Shown here: positions 9,111 to 17,973 of the stretch, one piece after another
Layout: every line of letters begins with the position of its first letter
Numbering within the stretch: the first letter of the stretch is position 1
IMG/VR virus record: IMGVR_UViG_3300033498_000048
Coordinates: 192,001 to 256,000 of that record
Length of the DNA stretch: 64,000 nt
Direction: 5' to 3' (one strand)
From: a virus
Lineage: Duplodnaviria; Caudoviricetes
Position numbers and translations under genes: made by a program
Notes under the pieces: model-generated
Database searches by the model: none
What the model saw: the letters and a program-made list of their open reading frames with translations, nothing else
What the model was told of the DNA's origin: nothing

Positions 9111-10610
9111 TTATAATTCAGCTTCAGCAGCAATTGCATCAGCTTCTTCTTTTTGTTTGGTCATGTCTTCAATTTGTTTATCTGTGTATTTTAAAACTGT
9201 TTGTAATATCCATTTATAATCAAAATACTTACCAACGTATGGATCCATACTATCAATCAATCCAACTCGATTTGCTAATATCTCTGCTTCTTTATATTCA
9301 ACAAAATTATTATCTTCAGCATATATCCACTGAATTTGATTCTTCATAGTATTCCAATCATTTTCAGTTATTATATTTTTTAGTAACAATTGGCTTTTTA
9401 ATAAATCACCAATGATTCCATTAACAAACCGTTGTCTCAATCTATCAATAGACTTTTTAAATCTATATTCATCCCTATCAATTTCAACTGAACGACCAAA
9501 CATAAATGGGATTGCGCCATCCCTAGAAAAACGATTAAACGGAACACTTAACGATTTAAAAAACTTATCTTTAAAATACTCGACATCTTCTGTTACTCCA
9601 AGGTTTTCGCCTCCAGGTAATGTTTCGATTTCAGTTCCCTTACCATCACGTCTGGGAAGCCAAAAGTCTTCAACCATGCTTAATATATTTTTTCTATCAA
9701 CTATGTTTCCAGTTTTACTATCATAAACTAACTTGGTTTTAAAACGATTCATCATATCGTGAACGTATTGCTCGGCTTTGTTTTTTGGTAAATTACCAAC
9801 ATCAACGTATATAATTCTACGTTCTGGAGCGCGAGCTACTCGATATATAACAAGACTATCTTCCATTAGCTTTAAATTATTATATGGACCAATTGCTTTA
9901 TATAAGTATCCGATTACATCTCTTGTTTTTTTATTATACAGACCACTATCACAATATGACATGGAATCTGCTGATATTTTTAATCCAGAACCCAATTGAA
10001 CTTTCGATAATGTGTTAATATCATCATACCTTTCAACATAAACAAAATACTCAATTATTTTGTTAATATCTACAGTACCATTTGCGTCTGGTTGTGGAAC
10101 TTCCCTAATCTTTTTAATTTTTAATGGGTCTATTGGAATTATCTTTCTTATTCCAGATTTAGGGTTATCTTGGTCAAGTATTTTATAGATAAACAATCTA
10201 CCATCAATATACCAATCCATGAACAAATTAATTCCAGTATTATGAAAATCAATTATATTATATAAATTAACAAATTCAGTTTTTATTTTATCTTGTATAG
10301 TGGTTGATATGTCACAATCTGGTAAGAACATAATATCAAATGCTCGTTTTCCAACAACATCAAAGATAAACACTTCATTTCTTATTTCAGTTAATGCTAA
10401 ATCGACATCAGCCATTCTAGCCATATTGCGATAAGTGTTAATTAATTCGACTTCTGACTCTGGTATAGTAACTAAATTATAATCTTGAGCTACTATACCA
10501 TTCCCAGCTGCTCCAACCATTTCAGTGGACGGGTCATTTTCTAATTGAAATGTTTTTAATATTTCTTTTTTTGTATCTTTTTTATTAAATACCCAACCAA
10601 ACAATTCCAT
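9111..10610 (-). CDS. gp20: Portal protein (gp20)
   Basis: LMEDSLVIYRVARAPERRIIYVDVGNLPKNKAEQY; EDFWLPRRDGKGTEIETLPGGENLG. Confidence 0.98.
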   Translation of the reverse strand: MELFGWVFNKKDTKKEILKTFQLENDPSTEMVGAAGNGIVAQDYNLVTIPESEVELINTYRNMARMADVDLALTEIRNEVFIFDVVGKRAFDIMFLPDCDISTTIQDKIKTEFVNLYNIIDFHNTGINLFMDWYIDGRLFIYKILDQDNPKSGIRKIIPIDPLKIKKIREVPQPDANGTVDINKIIEYFVYVERYDDINTLSKVQLGSGLKISADSMSYCDSGLYNKKTRDVIGYLYKAIGPYNNLKLMEDSLVIYRVARAPERRIIYVDVGNLPKNKAEQYVHDMMNRFKTKLVYDSKTGNIVDRKNILSMVEDFWLPRRDGKGTEIETLPGGENLGVTEDVEYFKDKFFKSLSVPFNRFSRDGAIPFMFGRSVEIDRDEYRFKKSIDRLRQRFVNGIIGDLLKSQLLLKNIITENDWNTMKNQIQWIYAEDNNFVEYKEAEILANRVGLIDSMDPYVGKYFDYKWILQTVLKYTDKQIEDMTKQKEEADAIAAEAEL

Positions 10611-10658
10611 AAATTAATCTCCAATGTATATTACATCTATTTATGGTTTAATTTTGAA

Positions 10659-11213
10659 TTAAGTTGTAGTAGTAGTTTTCCACCAGTTAAATGCGAATGA
10701 CACCTCAAATTCTTCAACTGAGTTGTTGTTTTCATATCCCAATTCAATTGAACCTAAGCTAGTTGGAAATATTTGTTCAACTGTGTAGGTTTTAACTATA
10801 TTCCCCTCACGGTCTGTTTGTGATACAGCAGCAGTTGAATAATAATTAGATGGATTCATCCAACCTGGAATCGCAATATTACTTTCATGTCCATTAATTC
10901 TATCCATCCACTTTTCAAATGTATCTCTAACAATAAAATCGGTATCATTGATAACAGTTATAGTCCAATCTTCCCAAGTCCTATCACCTGCAACTTTTAC
11001 TTCACGTCCCATATATGGAACAGTTACTGCTTCCATTGTACTACTAGGAATGCTAGTGGCTTTACAAGTAAAACCTAATTTTGTTGGTGCGTATGCCGAG
11101 TTTACCTTTTGTGGAAATGTTAAAATCACTTCATATCGGTTTGGTCTAGCTCCACCACCTTTGAAGTTTGATACGAAATCCGCAACTCGTGGACTTTGTG
11201 TTACAGTAGCCAT
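10659..11213 (-). CDS. gp19: Tail tube protein (gp19)
   Basis: GGGARPNRYEV; VPYMGREVKVAGDRTWEDWTITVIND; EEFEVSFAFNWW. Confidence 0.97.
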   Translation of the reverse strand: MATVTQSPRVADFVSNFKGGGARPNRYEVILTFPQKVNSAYAPTKLGFTCKATSIPSSTMEAVTVPYMGREVKVAGDRTWEDWTITVINDTDFIVRDTFEKWMDRINGHESNIAIPGWMNPSNYYSTAAVSQTDREGNIVKTYTVEQIFPTSLGSIELGYENNNSVEEFEVSFAFNWWKTTTTT

Positions 11214-11232
11214 GTTTACTCCTTTATTTTGA

Positions 11233-11261
11233 TTAAGGAACGATTAATCAACGTTCCTTAA
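11233..11261. terminator. Stem-loop between gp18 and gp19
   Basis: ttaaggaacg-attaatcaa-cgttccttaa, a 10-bp perfect stem. Confidence 0.55.
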
Positions 11262-11274
11262 ACGTTAAATTTAA

Positions 11275-13539
11275 TTAAGCGACTTCATCAAACGAAATAC
11301 CTGACTTCGTAGCAACAAAGTTTAGTGTTATGTAATTAATACTTCTAGTTGGTTTAATCAAGATAGTAGCAATAAATTCACCTGTATCGACAACTTCTGG
11401 AGTATTATTGCTTTCATCACAAATTATTTTATATTCATAAATTCCACGTCTACCTTGAACTTCTCGTAAGAATGGTTCTACAATACCAACAAATTGAGTT
11501 CTTGAAAATCTATCATTAAACTCAAATAATTGGTAATTCGCACCTTTTGAAATAGTCAATTCTAATGCAATGAATAAACGTCTAACATTAATCCATTGAA
11601 ATGCACTCGCTTTAGCTTGTAATGTTTTATCACCAAATAATATAGTACCTTCACCTTTAAATGAAACTACTGGGTTAATGTTGTTTGGGTACAAACCATC
11701 CCTAGATTCTTTACTTGGATTATAAGCTAAACTAATAACATTTTTAATTTGACCCCTATTAAATCCAGCTGGAGACCACCATGAATCAAAGTCTTTATCG
11801 ACTAATGCACATAAACCAGCAACATCGGCATTTAATGGAGTCCATGTAGATTGACCAGTCCATTTATTGAATTGTAATTTCCAACCTGAATCCATTACAG
11901 CATAACTAGATGACCTATTAATCAAGTTACGTTTTGCTATAATTGCCAGTTTCGCATCTAATTGGTCTAATCCACGACATTCGTCCAAACTTGGACTAAA
12001 AAATGCAATACAATCTTTTCTAACTTCACAAATATTATCAATAACGTGTTGAATAACTAAATGGTTTGCATCACCCAATATCATCAAACTTGCTGATACT
12101 TTATCAGCATCTTTAAACATATTCCAGCCAGCAATTATATCGTCCGTTGTAATAGTTGTATCATTTGTTCCATTAGACAATTTAACATCATAATGTGATA
12201 ACAATGATTGGAAATTAACTGGAACATCACCAACTGGGTCAAAACAAGGTGTTCCCCACAACGCAGACGTATTATTGAAATTATTTAAATCAGACGTTGA
12301 CATTACAGCAGTTGCAATTGCACCAGTACCATTTCCAGTTATAGTTATTACAGGAGTCGAACCAGCAATATAACCAGACCCTGGATTTGTGATAGTAATT
12401 GCTGTAATTATTCCACCTACAATTACTGCCTCTGCTGTTGCTGGAATACCAGTAATTGGTATGTTGGTTCCAACAATATAATTAGATGGAGGTGCTATAT
12501 TAATCGTTGCTCCAGTATAGCCAGTTCCACCATTTGAAACACTAATTGATGATACACTGACATTACTATCTGAATATGTTAATGTAGCTGTTGCTCCAGT
12601 GCCTCCACCACCTGTCAATTGAATTGTAGGAGCAGATGTATAACCAGAACCCATATTTGTGATAGTGATTGAAGTAACTGTTGTATCATCAACTCCAACC
12701 TCAGTTCCCAAGTGTGCTGTTGCTATTAAACCAGTACCTGACCCACCAATAAAAGATACTACTGGAGCTGTTGTATAACCTGTCCCTGGATTTGTTATCG
12801 TAACTGTTCCAGATATAGACCCAGCTGGATTAAAATATGATGCTCGTGGTTTACCTAAGTATCTAACATATTTTGAGTCTTTGTTAATTACTGAGCCATA
12901 AAAACTAAAGGAATTATCTAAGCCTTTAGCATCAATAGATTTGCTTAAAAATTGGTAAGATTCAAGGACTTTACCTTTAGTGTTTGAGAATGTTCCAAAC
13001 TCATCAATAACAACGATATGAACTTCGTCATTGGTTGCTCCGATTGCTTTAGCGTATTCGCTAGTTCCTGGAGCGAAACTAAACAATGATTTATATTTCC
13101 AATTATGGAAAGTATGTGAGTCAGCTATACTAACTCGAATACCATTGCCTCGTCTTCCAGGATATATCGCTGCAAACTCAGCACTTGAATTTTGTAACGA
13201 TTCTTGGATTAAAAAGAAATGGCTTGAATTTTGTATTTGAACACCTGGACCATATGCAGTAGCATTTAAAGAATCTGTTACTACTCTAACCAGTGTTAAA
13301 TTTGATGAATAGTCTAGGAAGTTTGCAGCAGTAAACCACGATACCGTATTTTCAGGTGATGGTGTGTTGAATATTCCAACCAATTCTTGTTGTTTTGTTA
13401 CAGTTTTTAAATCAAATGCGGGACCCCAGTCAAACTGACCTACAACAGCTCCACCACTTGTACTAACTGCCGAATCGTATCCTGATAAGTTGTTTTCGTG
13501 TATCGACACTCCAGGGCTTAATCTATCTTCAGCACTCAT
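11275..13539 (-). CDS. gp18: Tail sheath protein (gp18) with a ~175-aa insertion of GxGY repeats
   Basis: LSPGVSIHE; GQFDWGP; WWSPAGFNRGQI; INVRRLF; FEFNDRFSR; KPTRSINYITLNFVAT. Confidence 0.97.
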   Translation of the reverse strand: MSAEDRLSPGVSIHENNLSGYDSAVSTSGGAVVGQFDWGPAFDLKTVTKQQELVGIFNTPSPENTVSWFTAANFLDYSSNLTLVRVVTDSLNATAYGPGVQIQNSSHFFLIQESLQNSSAEFAAIYPGRRGNGIRVSIADSHTFHNWKYKSLFSFAPGTSEYAKAIGATNDEVHIVVIDEFGTFSNTKGKVLESYQFLSKSIDAKGLDNSFSFYGSVINKDSKYVRYLGKPRASYFNPAGSISGTVTITNPGTGYTTAPVVSFIGGSGTGLIATAHLGTEVGVDDTTVTSITITNMGSGYTSAPTIQLTGGGGTGATATLTYSDSNVSVSSISVSNGGTGYTGATINIAPPSNYIVGTNIPITGIPATAEAVIVGGIITAITITNPGSGYIAGSTPVITITGNGTGAIATAVMSTSDLNNFNNTSALWGTPCFDPVGDVPVNFQSLLSHYDVKLSNGTNDTTITTDDIIAGWNMFKDADKVSASLMILGDANHLVIQHVIDNICEVRKDCIAFFSPSLDECRGLDQLDAKLAIIAKRNLINRSSSYAVMDSGWKLQFNKWTGQSTWTPLNADVAGLCALVDKDFDSWWSPAGFNRGQIKNVISLAYNPSKESRDGLYPNNINPVVSFKGEGTILFGDKTLQAKASAFQWINVRRLFIALELTISKGANYQLFEFNDRFSRTQFVGIVEPFLREVQGRRGIYEYKIICDESNNTPEVVDTGEFIATILIKPTRSINYITLNFVATKSGISFDEVA

Positions 13540-13845
13540 ATCTACTCCTTTAATAAGTATGTTTAATATTTTTATATTTATTAATTATCATATTTTGATT
13601 GACATTAATATGGAAATTGTTTATGATACTTTCATCTTAATCCAACTTGGAGTCATAATGAGTTTAACATACACACAAAAAGAACACTACAACACATCAA
13701 AGATACTATTAAACATAGATATGTTCCAATTGTAATTAAGTATAATAAAGCTACAATTAGAGCATTAGACCATAAAGGATATTTGAAAGTGAATTATGCC
13801 ACTGGGGTTATTACAACAACAGATTTGGGAAATGAACCAATTTAA

Positions 13846-14934
13846 TTATGTACCATCGCTGAAGAATCCAAATATTAAATGATTGGATTCTTCATTGTTT
13901 AAATAATTTTCACGCATTGACATTCTAGTGTCTAAATTTGTTAAATCGTAAAAATAGTCTTGACTTGTTAGCCATGCAAATATAACTAAGGTCATTACAA
14001 TATCATCGTGTTTACCACGTTCAGCTTCATAGGAAGTTCCCTTCTTAATAAACATAGTCAACTCTGTAATTGTATTGTAATCTACTAATTCTAAGGTATC
14101 ACTTTCAATTAGATTTTTTAATGTACTACATCCTATTAATTTGGTCTTTTTAGTTTGTCTTATTCCAACAATACTTGAATCTGTTATTATCGTATCTCCC
14201 TGCTTAGATTTTGATGTTAGCATATTTTCATATTCATATTCATAATACAATATGTTTGCTACTATTGTTCCAACACTATTGGATTCAATTACAATATAAG
14301 CATCATTATACTTTTTCGAGATGTGATATGATTCATCTGCAAACATAAAAGGAACAATTTGATTGTTCCTATAAACAGCAACTTGTTTATATCGCTTCTC
14401 AGTGACATCAATTATTGATATTACAGAATAGTCTTTGCCCATTCCCTCAGCAACATCAATAATTGAAATGTACGAATTACCTTGAATTGGATGCTCATAA
14501 ATGTATAAAGAATCGTTGATAACTTCTAATGGTTGTTTGTGGGTTAATTGTTGTAATTTCTTACCTGATATTAATGTACCAGAACTTCCAAGGAAATTAC
14601 AATTGTGACTGAGTATTCCATTAGTGTAATAAACACTATCTGTTCCAACATCAATTAAATCATACATTTCAATTGGAACATCTATCAGCTCTTTGTCAAT
14701 AACAAAACAACCATCCATATTAGTATCAACAAAATCACCTATAACCAACTCAATTGCCGTTTTTATTCCATCAATGGTAACTAATGGATGATTATCAGAA
14801 CATACCAAGTTAGTTCCATTAGAAAAACTTAACTTGATTTGCCTATCTTTGTTAATTTTATTAATCCCAATAAACGGTTCAAACCCATTAGGTGTTAAAA
14901 CTGTTAATTGTAAGTTGTTTGTTAATGTTGTCAT
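13846..14934 (-). CDS. gp17: Terminase large subunit piece 3: split-intein C-fragment 2 plus nuclease domain
   Basis: After ...TNGILSHN the sequence reads CNFLGSSGTLIS, IIDVAEGMGKDYS, IESNSVG and HDDIVMTL, all T4-like gp17 C-terminal motifs. Confidence 0.95.
   Translation of the reverse strand: MTTLTNNLQLTVLTPNGFEPFIGINKINKDRQIKLSFSNGTNLVCSDNHPLVTIDGIKTAIELVIGDFVDTNMDGCFVIDKELIDVPIEMYDLIDVGTDSVYYTNGILSHNCNFLGSSGTLISGKKLQQLTHKQPLEVINDSLYIYEHPIQGNSYISIIDVAEGMGKDYSVISIIDVTEKRYKQVAVYRNNQIVPFMFADESYHISKKYNDAYIVIESNSVGTIVANILYYEYEYENMLTSKSKQGDTIITDSSIVGIRQTKKTKLIGCSTLKNLIESDTLELVDYNTITELTMFIKKGTSYEAERGKHDDIVMTLVIFAWLTSQDYFYDLTNLDTRMSMRENYLNNEESNHLIFGFFSDGT
14602..14934 (-). mobile_element. Split intein C-fragment IntC2 (111 aa)
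   Basis: Begins with Met and has no block A. VLTPNGF; block B VCSDNHP; block F MYDLIDV; block G SHN with +1 Cys. Same layout as atypically split TerL inteins (AceL-TerL type). Confidence 0.92.
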
Positions 14935-14949
14935 TATTATTCCATATCG

Positions 14950-16299
14950 TTATATGACATTGCAATTCAATCTATTATTTGTTGGATATACTGAAACCTT
15001 ATCAATAACATGACTATCAATTATTATTGAGTGTATTGTTCTTCCTATAAACGATTGTTTGTTTAGCCTTTCAACATATATTTTAACCCCGTTTTGCGAC
15101 TCGACTGATTTCTTCAATCTGTGTTTTAGTGGACTCTTTAATACCATGCAATCACTCGTAATTCCATTATACAATTCAATTATTTTATTTAATATTTCAC
15201 ATCCAATTATACTTTTACCAACAACTATTGGAATAGTTAAATTTGAATTAAATGCTAAACTAATAGCAGCATCATATATTAAATTGTTTGATATTTCAAA
15301 ATCGCGAGTACAATATTCTGGAGTTTGACTATTGTTAATTAATTGATATAAATCTCCAAATGTAATATTGTTACAAATTGAATTTTCGGATTTAATTATA
15401 ACTTCGGTATTAGCGGAACAACAATCATATTCTTGTGAGAAATTTTGTGTCCCAATATTACTTTCGGTTGTTTGTCTCCACGCTTCATCGCGTTCTGGGT
15501 GGTCATACCACAAATATTTACTCCTAACAAACTCATTTCTACCCTGTTCAGATTCAATCCACAGTTTGTAAAACAAATTCATACCTTTTGGAGTAGACGT
15601 GATTATCACCTTAGTTGTTTTTCCAGATGATATTACTGGGTAGGTTGATTCAAAAAATTCAACATCATTGTCAATATGGGCGAACTCATCACAGTAGAGT
15701 GTTCCAACTGATTTACCCCTGATGGAACTTGATGATGTTGCTGCACTAAAACACTTTGAACCATTCGCCAGTGTGATACTTGTTTTGTTCCAAGTTACAA
15801 CTCCAGGTTTTAAAAACCAAGGCAACTCCTCAAACATCTTACATAAACGGTCTAATATTTCTGCGGAAGTAGCTCCCTTATTTGCTAATATTCCAATCGA
15901 CTTATTACTATTGAATATTGCCTCATATAACAAATAGGCTGCTGCTGTTGTTGTATTGTGACTTACTATTCCATTTGAATAATATTGGTGTGATTCAGAA
16001 TCAACTTCAACATCATACATATTCTCGTATTCAGTTGTATTAGTAATTGATATTACTTTTGATGTACCGTTAATAGTTTTAATCACATCACCAATTATTA
16101 AGTCTTTAACAAATACTTCGGAATTGTATTCTGACATTACTATATGCGTATCTGCACACTCTAATTTTGCTCCACAATCAAACTCAACAACCCATTTTTC
16201 ATACGGAACAGTTTTCATTACATTTGTACAATTTACCCAACCTTCTGGGGTAAATACTTCCCAATCTGTAATTGGAATAACCCTCTCAAACTTCCTCAT
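14950..16299 (-). CDS. gp17: Terminase large subunit piece 2: IntC1, ATPase core, IntN2 and a degenerate ATPase-like tail
   Basis: SHN|TTTAAAYLL...ILANKGATSAEIL...SIRGKSVGTLYCDEFAHI...IITSTPKGMNLFYKLW...QEYD|CCSANTEVII. Confidence 0.95.
   Translation of the reverse strand: MRKFERVIPITDWEVFTPEGWVNCTNVMKTVPYEKWVVEFDCGAKLECADTHIVMSEYNSEVFVKDLIIGDVIKTINGTSKVISITNTTEYENMYDVEVDSESHQYYSNGIVSHNTTTAAAYLLYEAIFNSNKSIGILANKGATSAEILDRLCKMFEELPWFLKPGVVTWNKTSITLANGSKCFSAATSSSSIRGKSVGTLYCDEFAHIDNDVEFFESTYPVISSGKTTKVIITSTPKGMNLFYKLWIESEQGRNEFVRSKYLWYDHPERDEAWRQTTESNIGTQNFSQEYDCCSANTEVIIKSENSICNNITFGDLYQLINNSQTPEYCTRDFEISNNLIYDAAISLAFNSNLTIPIVVGKSIIGCEILNKIIELYNGITSDCMVLKSPLKHRLKKSVESQNGVKIYVERLNKQSFIGRTIHSIIIDSHVIDKVSVYPTNNRLNCNVI
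15313..15423 (-). mobile_element. Split intein N-fragment IntN2 (about 30-37 aa)
   Basis: CCSANTEVIIK...ITFGDLYQL fits block A (C1xxxxT6xV8) and the I..LY signature of short IntN pieces. The C-terminal boundary is approximate. Confidence 0.85.
15955..16299 (-). mobile_element. Split intein C-fragment IntC1 (115 aa)
   Basis: VFTPEGW; block B LECADTH; block F MYDVEV; block G GIVSHN with +1 Thr. No block A. Confidence 0.92.
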
Positions 16300-16837
16300 T
16301 TATGATTCCATTTATCAACTTCAATGTATCACATTGGTCACTAGGTGTGTCATTATTTACTAATATAGTATTAGCAAAATTTGATTTTAATATATTGCGT
16401 ATTTTAGTTTTTCTACCCTTTAAGAATGTTTGATTTTGGTTACTACCTCTATCCAAATACCGTTTTTCCAAGTCTGTTGATTGTAAACATATAATATGTA
16501 AGGTTGTGTTTGCAATCTTAGAATAATACTCGAATAAACTAGATGACGATAACCTATCCCCTTCAAAAATAATTGTTGAATTTGTATTAATATCATCTAT
16601 TATAAATTCTTTAAATACTGGCATTACATTCATAGCCAACTTGTCTGTTCCAGAAAATGTTTCTGTTGGATTAGAGTAATCGCCAACTATTTTAACAACA
16701 CCAATATCATGGTACTTAACCAATTTCATATACTTCTTCATATCGGTTACATCAACGTTCAATGATTCAATTAACCGTTTCATTAAAGATGTTTTCCCAG
16801 TTCCAGGCTCGCCTATTATTGCTATCATTTTTTGCAT
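16286..16837 (-). CDS. P-loop nucleotide kinase of a base-hypermodification cluster
   Basis: IIGEPGTGKTS; IFEGDRL; RGSNQNQTFLKGRKTK. Overlaps both neighbouring genes. Confidence 0.75.
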   Translation of the reverse strand: MQKMIAIIGEPGTGKTSLMKRLIESLNVDVTDMKKYMKLVKYHDIGVVKIVGDYSNPTETFSGTDKLAMNVMPVFKEFIIDDINTNSTIIFEGDRLSSSSLFEYYSKIANTTLHIICLQSTDLEKRYLDRGSNQNQTFLKGRKTKIRNILKSNFANTILVNNDTPSDQCDTLKLINGIINEEV

Positions 16838-17973
16838 ACAAATCCCCTAAGTGATTGATTGTTTGTTTTGTAATAAGTATCATTATAATCATTTTTAAAA
16901 CAATCGTGTTCAAAGTTCAACATTACAACTTGACCCGTGTTCCTAAAATGATTTTGTTTGTCCTTGTGTACACCTTTACATCTTGGGTTATATTCAAATA
17001 GTAAATACTCAGGTAAGCAATTATGTCTAATATTCCAGAATAAATCAAAACGTTTATTCCATTTAATTTCAGCATATTTTATTCTATCGTGAAACATATC
17101 ATTATACACATTTGGATAACGTCTATTTTTCCTATACCACGATTTGTAGCAGCACAAGGTTGATTCTAATGTAAAATAATTTACATCATTAATATAATTT
17201 TCTTCCTTGAACCTACCAATACATTCGCTTAACAGTACACCACCTTCAATTGTTAATGCTTCAATAATACCTTTATCATATTTACCATCAAAATCTGGAT
17301 TAGATTGTGAATGCCAATCTAAATCGTCACGCCCCAATACCTTGCACAAACCATTCCTATGTGATTTACTACCATTCAAATCATGTAAAAACAATGAACT
17401 ACAGCAAATATTTAAGCCTATTATTTTCAAATATTCTAAATATGAAAATGTCGATAGTCTCCCGAATAAGTAAAACTTATCAATTACAGTTTTCCATACT
17501 GTATCAAAATTATCAAATTGGTTGTCGGTATTGCACATTGATGTGAAAAAATTATGTTGAGTATCGTATTTAGAGATTATTTCTTTATAATTTAGAATCA
17601 TATTCTCTAATTTATTTTTTACATATCTCCTATCTGTATCCCAACCAAACTTAGTATAGTTTTCTCTGAAAAAAACAGAAAATTTGTCAATATCGAGTGT
17701 GTTAAAATCACTAAAATTCTCAAACAAAATCCATGATGTAATAATATTTTGACAACAACCATTTAAAAACACCAACCAATATTGCTGCTCTATATTTAAA
17801 TTGTGTATTTTAATTAACTCTGGAATGACATAATACACTGCCCCAGGGTGTGATTTATATTTTAAATGGAATTGATAAAACCTAATAAATGTTTCACGCC
17901 GATATTTGTGTTCCCTGAAATCAGAACCAACAACCAAGTTTGAATCATTGTTGCTGTTAATTTTAAATACCAT
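16825..17973 (-). CDS. aGPT-Pplase2-like (alpha-glutamyl/putrescinyl-thymine pyrophosphorylase clade; amino acid:DNA transferase)
   Basis: HPGAVYY; DTDRRY; FGRLSTFSYLEYL; GSKSHRNGL; FTLESTLCCYKS; YPNVYNDM. Confidence 0.75.
   Translation of the reverse strand: MVFKINSNNDSNLVVGSDFREHKYRRETFIRFYQFHLKYKSHPGAVYYVIPELIKIHNLNIEQQYWLVFLNGCCQNIITSWILFENFSDFNTLDIDKFSVFFRENYTKFGWDTDRRYVKNKLENMILNYKEIISKYDTQHNFFTSMCNTDNQFDNFDTVWKTVIDKFYLFGRLSTFSYLEYLKIIGLNICCSSLFLHDLNGSKSHRNGLCKVLGRDDLDWHSQSNPDFDGKYDKGIIEALTIEGGVLLSECIGRFKEENYINDVNYFTLESTLCCYKSWYRKNRRYPNVYNDMFHDRIKYAEIKWNKRFDLFWNIRHNCLPEYLLFEYNPRCKGVHKDKQNHFRNTGQVVMLNFEHDCFKNDYNDTYYKTNNQSLRGFVCKK

Noticed and set aside
5304-13539. Antisense and alternate-frame ORFs in the track (for example 6035, 6575, 7663, 9412, 10948, 13031)
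   Set aside because: They overlap well-supported structural genes and show no motifs or RBS; the same applies to shadow ORFs over the other long genes.
13490-13735. 81-aa plus-strand ORF between gp18 and terminase piece 3
   Set aside because: It overlaps the gp18 start with low-complexity sequence. A shorter ORF from 13609 is possible but unsupported.
14950-16299. Reading the intein segments as one contiguous cis-intein broken by sequencing error
   Set aside because: Each IntC has its own Met start, and each IntN ends in a stop in the established atypical-split pattern. IntN1 is 14 kb away, and IntN2 is followed by a long open tail rather than a frameshift into IntC2.
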